DNA of 63,969 nt, filler included, from Chrysochromulina tobinii (lineage: Eukaryota): the NCBI GenBank assembly GCA_001275005.1. It is 11 parts of 11 records of this genome, joined end to end, with 100 filler letters (N's around TTAATTAATTAA, not from the genome) between each part and the next. Parts side by side here need not be neighbours in the genome. Positions count along the whole stretch, not along the records: positions 40,531 to 48,672 come from JWZX01000530.1; positions 48,773 to 52,074 come from JWZX01000531.1; positions 52,175 to 56,452 come from JWZX01000532.1; positions 56,553 to 60,607 come from JWZX01000533.1; 7 more parts are not named here. One strand, written 5' to 3'. The notes below the pieces were generated by a model. It was not told where the DNA came from. It searched no databases and was given only the letters and a program-made list of their open reading frames with translations. A program made the translations under genes and the position numbers. Below, piece after piece: positions 44,180 through 56,610 of this stretch (the first letter of the stretch is position 1; the number at the start of each line of letters is the position of its first letter).

Positions 44180-44224
44180 AAGTCAAGTCAAGTCAAGACA
44201 AGTCAAGTCAAGTCAAGTCAAGTC
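44180..44224. repeat. (AAGTC)n microsatellite, 9 units
   Basis: Directly visible. Confidence 0.95.
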
Positions 44225-45063
44225 GAACTGGGATTCGAACGCGTCTAGTTAGGATTGCTGCGGAGCGGTGGTGGTCGCGAGGCAAGAGTACCGGTACGCG
44301 TGAATGGGTGAGAGAGAGATGGGGGGCGGCGGGGCCCGGGGGGCGCGCGGGCGTCGCGGGCGGACTTCTTCGACGTCACTCTCCAGACCCCCAAGCACAG
44401 GAGCCACAATCACGGAGGTGTGGCCGACACAGCCTGTGGTACCGGTAACACTACCCGTATGCGTATTAACACAGGACCGTTAATCGGCAAAGCTTGGGGG
44501 AAGAGAAGGGTGAAGGCGCCGGGCGCTATAGGTATAGCTTCAAGATCATCAAAGCCCGAGGCCGGTGCATCCCTTCCCCTTCCTTCCCCCGACTGTAAAA
44601 GGGCGGAAAATGGCGGTTCGAGACGGCGGCACGGCGCGCCCGCTAAGCGAGTAGTTGCAAGCATATAGTCTCTCTCCTCCCTGCGAGTATATCTTCTATC
44701 CCGCCGCGATGAACAGACGAAATCCTGATTCTTCGATGCCTCAGAGCCGATGCGGCCGATGCGCAGGATCAGGAATGAGGAAACCTGTCGCCCCGCGGTC
44801 GCGCGTTCCCCGCCCAAGTTACGATGCCAACCTCTTCGAAGCCTATCAGAATCGATGGCCGACGATCAGGACAGCGGCATGATCATACCCCACGTCGAAA
44901 CACGCTGCAGCACCCTCCAGAGCGCAAGCCCGGCGCGCAGCCACACTCCAGTATGCCACACTCCCAAACTCCCAACACCTTGCACTCTCAAGCACTCTCC
45001 TTCTCTCGCTGCCGCGGTGATGTCCTTGGGCTCCTCGTGTGAGCCGACCACACGAAAACCTTT

Positions 45064-46266
45064 CTAGACACTCGAGTCATCGTGGGGTCTGTGCAGGCAG
45101 TGCTGTAGCGCCCCGACCAGCAGGTAGTTCCACACGTCTGGCACGCCAGGCAGCGACCAGTGCAAGCAGTCTGGAGGAAGTCTGCCGCCCCCGTGACGGA
45201 ACGCAGTGTGTCCATCTGGGCGGCTGGCGGAGAGTATGGTGATGTCCAAGAAGTGCACTCCCAACGGCTCTAGAATGTGGCGCGCGGCGCGGTCAAAGGC
45301 CGGGAACATGTGCCACCCAAAAGTATCGAAGGCCACCTCGCAATCCCTGCATCGCAAGCCCCACCGATCGTAAGCTGCAGGGTCCTCGTAGTCTGGTGGT
45401 CCTGCTGCGAAGGTCTCGCAGCCAGGGTGGCCCCATGGCGTGGTCCGGTAGATGAAGCGGCCACCAGCCCGGTGATGGCGAAGGAGTAAGCGAAGGCCAA
45501 GCGTGTCCCGGAGGAAAGCACGAAACATCTGGCCAGAGGTGTTGACTTGATTCATAAACAGTCTCCGTGTTCCCTCTAAGTCTACAGCATAGTGGGGTCC
45601 AGCATTGAAGATACAGACAGCAGACGAGTCGTTGAGTGCAGACCAGAGCTGTTGCAGCTCGACCGTGGACACAATCCTGTTCACCTGTTCTTCCGTCAGG
45701 TTGGTCGTCGTCGATTTCAAGGCTCCCACGTTGGTCGTGGCATTCAGCAAGAGTGCGAGCTTACCAGGAGCCGGATTTGGGAATAGTTCAATCGAAATGC
45801 TGCTGCCATGCTCGCATCTCAACTTTTGGTAGCCAAACCCCTCGAAAGTGCTGAACCCCCAGTTGCCGATCAACCCCCACAACGAGTTAGCCTGGTTGCG
45901 TGTGATCGAGTCGCCTATGAAGATGAGCCGTCGATAGCCGTGCATTAGCAGCGCGCGGCAGAGCGCAGGGCCAGCGCCGCCGCACATGGGGCAGTCCGCT
46001 TGAACCGCACGCATATGCGGCAGGCCCGCGGGCCTCCACTCGTATAGTGCGGAGCTATGGAAGCACCTCTTCGAGCGTGTCGCGTTAGTCTGCATGTCGT
46101 TCACAAGACAATCCGTTGGGTGCTGCCTGCGGAACGCCTTGACAATCGCGCTATCGACGTGGGCACTGAGGTCAGCGTAAGGCCTATTTAGAAGCGGCTG
46201 CGCGACTGGCTCCCACGAACCCCGAATCTCGCGTTCCCAGCAAGCCGCATTGGACCGCGGGACCAT
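45064..46266 (-). CDS. Trichome birefringence-like / PC-esterase (SGNH) family protein; start uncertain
   Basis: YEWRP, LIFIGDSITRNQANSL, RPDGH, DCLHWSLPGVPDVWN. Confidence 0.85.
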   Translation of the reverse strand: MVPRSNAACWEREIRGSWEPVAQPLLNRPYADLSAHVDSAIVKAFRRQHPTDCLVNDMQTNATRSKRCFHSSALYEWRPAGLPHMRAVQADCPMCGGAGPALCRALLMHGYRRLIFIGDSITRNQANSLWGLIGNWGFSTFEGFGYQKLRCEHGSSISIELFPNPAPGKLALLLNATTNVGALKSTTTNLTEEQVNRIVSTVELQQLWSALNDSSAVCIFNAGPHYAVDLEGTRRLFMNQVNTSGQMFRAFLRDTLGLRLLLRHHRAGGRFIYRTTPWGHPGCETFAAGPPDYEDPAAYDRWGLRCRDCEVAFDTFGWHMFPAFDRAARHILEPLGVHFLDITILSASRPDGHTAFRHGGGRLPPDCLHWSLPGVPDVWNYLLVGALQHCLHRPHDDSSV

Positions 46267-46274
46267 TTTCCCAA

Positions 46275-46373
46275 TCAAGTCAAGTCAAGTCAAGTCAAGT
46301 CAAGTCAAGTCAAGTCAAGTCAAGTCAAGTCAAGTCAAGTCAAGTCAAGTCAAGTCAAGTCAAGTCAAGTCAA
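46275..46373. repeat. (TCAAG)n microsatellite, about 20 units
   Basis: Directly visible. Confidence 0.97.
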
Positions 46374-47312
46374 ATTCAAAATGGCGGTCGCCTTTCCGCC
46401 TCCTTTGGTGCCCATCGCTGGCGCGAGCGATCGGGAGGGCAGATCTCGGCGCAACCGGCACAACTGGAAAGCCCCGAGTCGGGGCATCATCCCCATCTTC
46501 AAATCTTCTTGATCTTGATCATCGCGGCGCCCCGAGGCTCAACATCGTGCCTTTTTCAGTCTAGCAGTACGGCAATGCAACACGGCTCCAGGCCGACGAT
46601 GGGAGTTAGATGGGAGCGATCGGGGGCATGCGCGAGTGCTCGTGCTACGATGGGCCAAGGAGCCGGTAGGGTCTGGCGACCGCCGGCGCCGCGCGTCGAG
46701 CGCGCGCAGCCTTTCTCCGACGAGTTTTGGCGTTTTGGGCCTGACAAGGGCACGTCAATCGAATTTGGCCAGGCAACAAGGGCGGCTGGCGCGGCGGCGG
46801 CAAGAGTGGTCGAGGTCGTTTCTGCGGTGCGCGCCACCCCGCCCTCCATTTCTCACGCATGCGCGCGCGCTCGCGACAAACAGGTGTGGCGTCGATGATC
46901 CGTCATCTCCGCCCTCTCCCTTCCACCACTGCTGGCCGCCGGAGCACATTTGATAGGCTTCCGTATGGTTGAGTCTGTTGTACTTTATGTATAGACTTGA
47001 CTTGACAGGCTCGTTAACGGGCTGTGAACAGAATACTGGGAAAATACTGGGTACATGAGACACTCGGATCGCCGTCGGTTCGCCGGAACTTACATGTAAG
47101 CCGGAACAAGCCGGAACACCCGACAAAGGCTCACCGGGGGAACAAGCCTCTTACCCGTGTGTATTTGCTCGACTGACAACTCGAAGCTATTTGGGGTTCC
47201 CGCCGCGTTCACTAATCCCACCCCCATCCCCTACCCATCTCCCCCCTTGCCGGGAGCCGGAACACACTCGAGAAAGACATACGAACCTCAAGAAACTGTA
47301 CTGTGGGGTGAC

Positions 47313-47882
47313 GGGGGGTTTGTTATCGAATTTGGGGGGGTTTGTTACATGTATCAGGATACGTATCCCATGTATCGTGCATGTATCGTGAACGTATCTT
47401 GATGTGTCCCGTTCATATACATCAAGATACATCAGGATACAACAAGATACATTTGCAGATACGTACCTCTCTGGATACAATTGAGATACATGTATCTCAT
47501 TATGTATCTCTCATGTATCCCGCATGTATCCTCAATCCCCTCCTCAATGTATCCTCGAACCTCTGCAGATACACATGTATCTCATATGTATCCCGCATGT
47601 ATCCCGCATGTATCCCACGTGCAAGATACATATATCCTGATGTATCTAATATGTATCCCAAAATGTATCTTGGACTCGTTTGGGATACGTGTGAAATACA
47701 TGCAATAAATCAAGATACATGTATTCTCTTGGAATGTAACAGGGCATTCAATTTACATTTAAGATACATCAGGATACATTAGGGATACATGTATCCTTCA
47801 GGATACACGCAAGATACATCAAGATACATCAGGATACGTATCCTGATAACAACCCCCCCCAAACTCGATAACAACCCCCCCC
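47313..47882. mobile_element. Probable non-autonomous foldback/MITE-like element
   Basis: Imperfect ~55-nt terminal inverted repeats (47313-47368 and 47832-47882); interior filled with ATGTATC/GATACAT in both orientations; AT-rich. Confidence 0.6.
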
Positions 47883-47897
47883 TAACCCGCGGGTTGG

Positions 47898-48161
47898 GTG
47901 TTGTTGGTGGGTTTGGATGGTTGTGAGGTTCGTCTGTGCGGTCCGTGTGCCTTTGTGCGATGTGCCTCCGCGTGTCCCGTGTGTGTCCTGTGTGTGTCCC
48001 GGCTCCCCCCGGTGAATGTTTACCGGTGTAAAGACACCGGGGGGAGCCGGGAACACACACGGGACACACACGGGACACGGGACACGCGGGCGCACAAAGG
48101 CACACGGACCACGCAGACGAAGACCTCACAACCATCCAAACCCACCATGCACCAACAACAC
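47898..48161. repeat. Long imperfect palindrome, arms ~120 nt
   Basis: 47898-48014 is the reverse complement of 48035-48161 with small indels. Confidence 0.9.
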
Positions 48162-48240
48162 ACATCCCGCACGTCAGCGAGACGACCGAAGCCGCGGCCG
48201 ACTCAACAGCCACAGGCCCGGAGCCGACCGCTCCCCGCGG

Positions 48241-48586
48241 ACTAGCGAAATTGAGTAGCCCGAGCGAGCGAGTACTCAGTACTTGTGTTGACCGAGGGGC
48301 GCGGAGCCGTCCTTTGAGACGGTGGCCCGGTAATATAGGGCAGCGAGCACCAGAGATCACACTGTGTGCTGGGAGAGACCGACCTCACTAGCGAAATTGA
48401 GTAGCCCGAGCGAGCGAGTACTCAGTACTTGTGTTGACCGAGGGGAGCGGAGCCGTCCGTCGAGACGGTGGTAAACCTCCCTCGTACTTGTGTTGACCGA
48501 GGGGAGCGGAGCCGTCCGTCGAGACGGTGCACTCCCCCACCCCTTTCCGACGTATGGTTACGGACGGGAGTCCGTCGAGACGGTGG
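48241..48586. repeat. Nested direct repeats (72-nt unit twice, then shorter 3' pieces)
   Basis: ACTAGCGAAATTGAGTAGCCCGAG...GGAGCCGTCC at 48241 and 48387; partial copies near 48484 and 48568. Confidence 0.85.
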
Positions 48587-48772
48587 TGGAGTATTCAGGG
48601 GGTGATTGGTTTTCAGTGTGACGACGGGCGTGTTTTCGTGTTCACAAGTAAGAAGAGCTATCTACTCTAACTNNNNNNNNNNNNNNNNNNNNNNNNNNNN
48701 NNNNNNNNNNNNNNNNTTAATTAATTAANNNNNNNNNNNNNNNNNNNNNNNNNNNNNNNNNNNNNNNNNNNN

Positions 48773-51700
48773 GGGATGGCTATGAAGAAGCTCAGCAGAT
48801 TCTTGAAGAGCTCGACCAGCGCGTCCGGCACGTGTTCGCACCCCGCGTTTTCTTCTTCAGACTGAGCCCTGCTTCCTTGCCGACTCTCCGCACCGCCCCC
48901 GCCGCCGGCCTGGAGACATTCGAAAAAGTTGAGGTTGATTACATCTTTTGTGGTCGCATTACTGCCCGGGTTGCTGCTGTTTGCGTTCCCAGCACTGCCG
49001 ACTAGCCGGCGTGCCAGCCCGGTTGCGAGCCGTCGGCGGCTATCGTCTGTTGAGGCGCCAGCAATTGAGGCGCTATCGTCGTTCGATGCACCGCCGCCAA
49101 AGAAGCTGAAGGACCCTGAGGCCCATCGCATGCCATCGGCCACTCTTATCTGTCCCTTGCTCAAGTTGGCTGCCAACCCAGACGACGCACTGAAGCGCTG
49201 CACTCCGAAGATGAGCGGCGCCACGCCGCCACCGGCACCGCCACCTGCACCGCCACCTGCACCGCCACCAGCCGCACCGCCCGCGGCGCCACCCACGGAA
49301 CCGGCAACGGCTCCTGCGACTGCTGCAGCCACGGCAGCTGCAACCACAGTTGTCACAGCAGTCGTGACCGCGTCTACGGTTGCGGTCGCGCCGGGCGCTC
49401 GCGCTGGCGGTGGGGGTGGGAGATTGCCCCGGATGATGATGAGGCCGAGACGCGGGTGCACGTACTGGGCATACAGTGAAGATACGGAGACGCTCACGTT
49501 CACGCCGGTCGCATCGGAGAGGCTCGCGATGAGATCAGAGGTATCCATGAGCGTCACGAAAAGGTCCGCAGCCACGCCGTTGGCCAAACGCACGTTGGCG
49601 GCCATCACTGCGAGGCTCACGTCAGCGCGGAGCCCTGTGAGTGCTGAAGCCTCGACGGAGCTGTTGCGCAAGGTTGCGGTCGGGCAGGTAAAGGCCGTCA
49701 CAGGGCACGTCAAAGAGCTCTGCCCCGCAACTGCCGCATTGAGCCTCTCCGGACCGGTGGTCGCATTGAGAACGTCTCCACTGGCAACAAAGGATCGATC
49801 GACTTGGAGGTTGAGGAAGTGGTAGTACAGCGGTGGCGAGCTCGGCGGGCCTGGCAGGTCGGGCGGGCCCGGCGGATCGGGCGGCGGCCGCGGCGGCAGT
49901 CGTGGCGATGGCGGCATTCGCGGCGATGGCGGCATTCGCGGCGATGGCGTCGCTTGCTGCAAGCGGCGGGTTCCGTTGGTAGTCGGCGCTCGAAGCATGG
50001 GCTGAGGTGGACTGGCAGGCGGCATCGGAGGTAGATCGGGAGGCCTCGGCGGCAACCTCGGTGGCGGTGGCGACGGCGGCGGGGACGGCAGCACTGCTGA
50101 AACCTCACAGCTTGTCACCTCGGCGAAGTCGCACATGGCCGCATCAGCGGCTGCTTGGAAGGGCGTCAGCAGGCCTTCCAATTGGCTCGGATCTTCGAGC
50201 GCGACGGCAAGTGTCGACCTGCTGCCCTCGTGCACAGTGAGCCGTGTCAAGGCCGCGCCATCGGCCCGGGTGCCGGTGATTTGCTCGGCATAGGCCACTT
50301 GCGAGTCGGCCCAGTTGATTGCCTTGGTTGCGAATACTGCCGAAGCCGCTGGCGTGAGGCCTAAGGGATTGATCTCTAAGGTGACAAACGCTTCCACCCG
50401 AACCCGACTAGGTGGAATGGCTGGAGGTGGAGGGGAGGTCGGCGGCGGCGCAGGCCCGCCGAACTCGAGCACGGTGCACCACGGCCGCGTGGTGTTGTAC
50501 AGGCCCAGGCTAGCCCACTGGTCGACGACCGTCGGCCTGACGGTCGCGATCCCGGCCGTTGGCCAGACGACGCCAAAGAGGACTGGGCATGCGCCGTGAA
50601 TGACGTACTCGATGGTGTGGTTCCGATTGACCACCGAGGTCGCCACCGCGGTGACGCGCGTGTACTTGCCAAACGGCGCGAGCGGGATCGCCGCACGCAG
50701 GAGCTGATCGACCTGACGCACCAAAGCCTCGCGCTCCTCGAACGTCAGCAGGGCGAGACCCGACGGCGGGGGGAATGCCGGGGGCGGCGCGGGATCGGCA
50801 TAATCCGGTATGTACGGCGGCAAAGGCGGAGGCGACCGCGGTGGCGAGCGTGGCGGCAGGGACGGAGGCGGTGGGTTGGCTGGAGGCTGCGCTGGCGACG
50901 GCGGAGGCGACGGGGGTGGTGGCGGCGCCCGTGGCGAGCCCGCTGGCGGATGAGGGGGATACAGTGGGCGAGGAGAGGGCGGTGATGGCGGGGGCGGCGG
51001 GTGTGGTGGGATGCGTGGTGGAGGCGACGGTGGGCGCGATGGCGGCTCCGACGGGGGAGGCGGGCGCGAAGGTGGTGGTGGTGCTGACGGCGGCTCTGAC
51101 GGTGGTGGTGATTGACGACGGTTGACGATGACGGCGAGACCTTCGTCATTCAGCTGCAGGTGGCCAGTGAGGAACTCCTCGTAATAGCCGCCGGGGTTGA
51201 GAGGCGGAAGCGTTGGGGGCGGCGGAGCGCATGGCGGCGGTGACGGCGGAGGTGATGGCGGAGGCGGCGATGGCGGCGGCTCTGGCGGAGGGGACGGTGG
51301 AGGAGGACTTGGAGGAGGAGATGGCGGTGGCGGCGAAGGAGGTGGCGACGGAGGCGGTGAGGGTGGGGACGGTGGCGGTAAGGGTGGAGGGGGTGAGGGT
51401 GGAGGTGGCGAGGGAGGCGGTGGTGAGGGTGGTAAGGAGGGAAGTGGCGAGGGTGGGGGTGGTGGCGGCGGGCACTGCGGGCCGCCGAACGGTGCTTTGG
51501 GAGGCGAAGGCGGCGGAGGCGAGGGTGGTGGTGGCCGCGAGGGAGGCGGGGGCGATGGTGGCGGTGGCGCACTGGGTGGAGACTTTGGTCCTCCGCCCAT
51601 CTGCACAGTTACACCGATGTTTGTGACTGAGGTGATCGTCACGCCGAGGTTGGCGGAGAGCTGAGCCGGGTCGCCCCCGAGATATGACATAGCCGTCTGG

Positions 51701-52074
51701 GAAGCGGCGAGCGATGCCACCACGACGGCGGCCTGGACGATGGTGCTGCCCGCGGTAACCTGAAGAGTGATGTCGGCAGTGGTCACGCCCATCTGGCTGG
51801 CCAGGTTGGTTCGGAACTGCAGCACAACGCTGCCGGTGAAGTCGGAGGGATCGCCCGCGATGGCGAAGGTGGCAGAGACTACAAGCAAAGCCGACGCGCC
51901 GGGTGGGTAGGGTGGCGGAGAGGGCGGGGGTGGAAGAGGAGGTGGGGGCGACGGCGGTGGGGGAGAGGGAGGCGGTGGCGACGGTGGTGGAGGAGAGGGA
52001 GGAGGTGGTGAAGGTGGCGGCGACGGGAGAGGTGGTAAGGGTGGTTGAGACGGTGGCGGCGGAGAAGGGGGCGG
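48773..52074 (-). CDS. Partial large SPPP-rich (extensin/pherophorin-like) cell-surface membrane protein
   Basis: Open frame across the whole contig; SPPP tracts alternate with small beta-rich modules; RRL motifs; hydrophobic AVAAAVAGAV segment. Confidence 0.75.
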
Positions 52075-52961
52075 NNNNNNNNNNNNNNNNNNNNNNNNNN
52101 NNNNNNNNNNNNNNNNNNTTAATTAATTAANNNNNNNNNNNNNNNNNNNNNNNNNNNNNNNNNNNNNNNNNNNNTTATCGACAAAGTTTGTCGATGACAG
52201 ATGTGATCAGTGTGGCCGCATGTTCCATGATACCATGAATAAAGTCGATGAGGTGTTTCGTCGAAAACAAAGTCACGACGGCCTGTAACCTCGGCGCACG
52301 TGCCGAGAAAATTAATGACGATCTATTTTACTATGCATGTTCACAGCGCGTCGAATTGAGCGTTCACGAGCAACTCACCACTCGCAAGTTTACATCGGCG
52401 TCGCGGAGAAAGGTGCACCGCAGCGCATGACAAGCTCGGCGCCCTCGTCCAACTGCTGGGCCCAAACAAGTGGCTCATCGCCGCGGGCGAGCAGGTGCCG
52501 GCGATTGTCTTTGCGAACGGACCCGCCTTCGTGACTGATTTAAACTTCAATCAGACTCGAGGCCGTAAGGTGGATCTCAAGTACCTCGCGATCAACTCGC
52601 ACCAGCCAAGTCGCAAGTCCGAGATGCATGACATACTTATGCTCACGCCTGCAGATGTCGAGCTATCGAAATGTGATCCACACGCGGTCGTCTACGAGTG
52701 GGAGTTTGCGTGCACCGGAAAATCGAGATACACGACGACCGCACCCAATTTCCTTCGGACTTGTTGGTGGCTATGGCACCTGCCTGGAGGCCTGCGGTGG
52801 TCGCGCTCACAGGTACAGCGCGAGCTTGATACGACGGCGCGTGCCACATACGACGCCGAGCTCTTGGATGCATGCTACCTACGGTAGCTGTTAAGTTATG
52901 TATTGATGAGGTACACATCCAGTTCGGATCACGGATGTTAATTAAATTTGTAACCTTTCAT

Positions 52962-53530
52962 GGATGACGGGTGCAAGACTACACCATCATCGATAATCTT
53001 TGTCGATGACGGTCTTAGACTCAAACCGTCATCGACACACGGTGTCGATGACAGGTGCAGACCGAAACCGTCATCGACGAAACTCGTCGATGACAGTGTG
53101 GCTCAAATACCGTCATCGACGAATTCGTCGATGACGGTTTTCAACTGACACTGTCATCGACATTAACGTCGATGACGGTGTGGCTCAAATACCGTCATCG
53201 ACAAATTGTCGATGACGGTTTTCAACTGACTCCGTCATCGACATTAACGTCGATGACGGTGTGGCTCAAATACCGTCATCGACGACAAAGTCGATGACGG
53301 TGTCAGTTGGAGACCGTCATCGACGAAAAAGTCGATGACGGTCTTCTCTGAAGACCGTCATCGACAAAACGTCGATGACGGTATTTGAGCCACACCGTCA
53401 TCGAGCTTTTAGTCGATGACGGTTTCCAGTGAAGACCGTCATCGAGAAATCGTGTCGATGACGGTCTTAAGTGAAGACCGTCATCGACAAAACGCGTCGA
53501 TGACGGTGTTCTTCACACACCGTCATCGAC
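52962..53530. repeat. Array of alternately oriented 12-mers ACCGTCATCGAC / GTCGATGACGGT, period ~41 nt, ~14 units
   Basis: Directly visible; spacers alternate between 5-7 nt and a fixed 11 nt. Confidence 0.95.
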
Positions 53531-54016
53531 GATGCAGAAAAGACCCTTCGCCGTCCCGGCTCCCCCCGGTGTCTTTTTACCGGAGTAATCGGTTGCGCTT
53601 GTTAGAAAGTTGTGTTTGTTTCAACTAATTAGCTTCTGTCCCTTCTGAAGAGAGCAGCTCATGTACTAGGCTCAACACGTTCACGCGTCCAGTTAAATAT
53701 TGCTATCGCGGCAAGACGCACAGCCACCGGTCCCGTGGAGACACACCGTGGGAGGCGCGGACAGGCACTGCAAGGGAGCTAACACACACGCACAGGGGGC
53801 GGGGGTGTCAGGGGGAGAAGAGCACGAGTCGTGCGGATTATCGTTACGGGACGTACATTCACAACGCACCACCAACGCTTGACTAGGTGCTTGCTTGCTT
53901 GCTTGCTTAGGTGTGACACTTGACTTTAAGAGCGTTGAATGCATGCACATAGCACAGTGTGTGTGCTCAGGGAATTACCATTTTAGTCTCGTGTTGCTTT
54001 TCTGCAGTCTCTGCAA

Positions 54017-56452
54017 ATGCGAGACACCGCATCCTTCGTGCTCGCGCAACCGACACTTGCAGCGAATTCGGTTCATGATGCGCACCAATTGGTCGCCCTC
54101 GAGCACCCAACTCTGCCCGGGAACCTCGTGTCCACCTTCGAGGTCGCGCCCGGGAGCGTGTTCTTTGATATCATCTCTCGAGTCTTCAATGGCCGCCCCT
54201 TTGATCAGCAGCACGGATTTGGCAAACACATGCTTGAGGAAGATGACGCCCTCAAGGTCACAATTGAGAACGATCCCACAGCGGGCGCCTTTGACGACGG
54301 CTCGGCGACATACACGAGCTTGCGCTTCTCCGCTGAGGCCGACTGGGCACTCCTGCGTGCGCTTGTGATTGCGCTCGTCGCCATCGTGTTCTCCACGCTC
54401 TTCTACATCGCGGCGCGCAAGTCGAGGGTGCTGCGGAAGCACGTGTTCGCGCCGATGGTCGCCGAGGGGGCGGGCGGGCCAGACGCCTTCCCGGGCGTGT
54501 GCGGCTGGTGGGCCGAGGTGCGCACGAGGATCGCCGAGGTCGTCGAACCTCAGCTCGGGCTCGAATCAAAGATGGTCCTCCGGTACGTTTGGTTCAACGT
54601 ACGGCTGCTGGCGTGGGCGAGCCTGTGCGCGCTGATGATGATACCCGCGTACGAGCTCGGTGCTGCCTCGGACACATGGTGGATCCTCGAGGCGTACAAG
54701 CTCGATTGCGACAGCCATCCAGATGCGAGCGGGTGCATCCACTCATGGAGCGTGCTCGAGTCGGCGACCATCTCGCACGTGCCGACCGGCTCGGTGCGGC
54801 TGCTGGCCTCGGGCGCAGCCGCATTCGTTTTCTGTTGCGCGTACTGCGTCGAACTCACCTTCGAGTGGCGCAAATACGCTCGCGATCGTCTACGCTGGCA
54901 TCAGCGTCCGGGCATTGAGAAGCAGGCAGTCATTCTCCTCGTGGAGGGGGAGACGGAGGCGCATGCAGACGAGGTGCGTCGCTCAAGGCGATCGAGGGCC
55001 GATCATGGCATCACCTCCCCCCGCCCCCCCAGCCTCGCACCACCACCACCGTATACACTACTATGACGCGGGACTGAGCAGCGCCTCGCCCCTTCCCTCC
55101 CCTCCCCCCCCCTCCCCTCCCCACAGGTGGCCCTCGAGATCGGGCGCATAGTGGGCGAAGGCGAGGTGCTTCAGATCGCGACGATCGCCGAGCTGCGCGC
55201 CGGCGAGAGCGGCTTCCTCACCTCGCAGAGCCTCCCCCGCCTCGGCGAGAAGGCGAGCTTGCTCAAAGAGAGCCTCAAACAGAAGCTACCTGCCCGGCTG
55301 CATCGGAACTTTGAGAAGCTCGAGGAGGGCTCTTCGGATGCGCTGCACCAAGCGAGGGTACGCCCAGGGCTGTGCGTTGGCTGTGCGACCTGCATGCCCT
55401 GCGACAGGCTCTTGACACCTGTGCTCCTACTGTGCTCCCCGCAGACCCACACCGCCTCCTCCCTCCTTGCTCTCCCCTACCCCGAACCCCCCACACCGCC
55501 TCCTCCCTTGCTCTCCCCTACCTCCCTTGCTCCCCCCTACCCTGAACCCGACCCACGCCCTACTCACCGCCTCTGCCCTCACCCCATTCTCCCTCGGCAG
55601 ACCCTCGCGTCCCTCGTATGCTGTGGGGAGGTCGAGCCGCGCTCCGCCTCCTTCGTGGTCCTCTTCCGTTCCCGACGGGCCGCCGCAACGGCCGTGGCCC
55701 TCGCGCGCTGGCCTGGGGAGATGCTGAGCGCGCCGGGCTACGTGCGCGTCCTGCCCGCGCCCGCGCCCGCGGACATCTACTGGCCCAACCTGCTGCTGAC
55801 ACGCGAGCGGCGCGCCATGCACTGGTACGTTGGCCTCGCGTGGACCATTGCCCTCTACCTGTTGTTCAACCTCCCCGTCGCTTTCATCCAGGGCCTCTCA
55901 TCGATCCGGACTCTCTCCAAAGTACCCGGCCTCTCTTGCATCTCGGACTACATCGGTAGCATGGGGCCCGCCGCAGTCGCCTCCTTCCAAGGGATAGCGG
56001 CCTCACTCGTGCTCCAGGCGTCCCTCTACTTCACCCTGTACTCCGGTCTCTTCCAACTCCTCTCGCGCATGGCCGGCGCGATCTCGCACACGCAGATCTG
56101 CGAGTGGTCCGCTCAGCGCATCATGCTGTTCCAGATCATCTTCGTGATCCTCGTCTCCTCCATCACCTCGTCCGCCTTCGACACCCTGGGCGTCGCCCTA
56201 GAGAACCCGATCGACGTCCCCTACCTCCTTGCGGGCACCTTGCCCTCTCAGTCGAGCTTCTTCATGCACTACCTGCTCAACCAGATCCTCTTTGCCTACT
56301 TGCTCGAGGGCGCACAGCTCATCACGCTCTGCACCTTTGTCATCTGCAAGCTCTCCCGCCGCCGCCCCAAGGCCGCCAAGCAACCCGCCGCCGACCGGCC
56401 CGTCGCCAACGAGCCCGCGGCCGTCCCCCCCACCCCATCCGCCCCTCTATCC
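54017..56452 (+). CDS. OSCA/CSC1/TMEM63-family mechanosensitive cation channel, 3'-truncated; introns 54974-55126 and 55358-55600
   Basis: LGLESKMVLRY, ATISHVPTGSVRL, ASFVVLFRS, PAPAPADIYWPNL, LAGTLPSQSSFFMHY; multiple TM helices. Start codon uncertain. Confidence 0.88.
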
Positions 56453-56610
56453 NNNNNNNNNNNNNNNNNNNNNNNNNNNNNNNNNNNNNNNNNNNNTTAA
56501 TTAATTAANNNNNNNNNNNNNNNNNNNNNNNNNNNNNNNNNNNNNNNNNNNNAGTGCGGATGTCACGACGGACGGGGTAGGCGGAGGTGGGATGCCGACG
56601 CTCGATCGCC

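Noticed and set aside
48386..48390. CACTA transposon terminus
   Set aside because: CACTA is present in only one of the two repeat copies and has no matching inverted end.
52962..53530. CRISPR array
   Set aside because: Spacers are only 5-11 nt and recur, repeats alternate in orientation, no cas genes are present and the context is eukaryotic.
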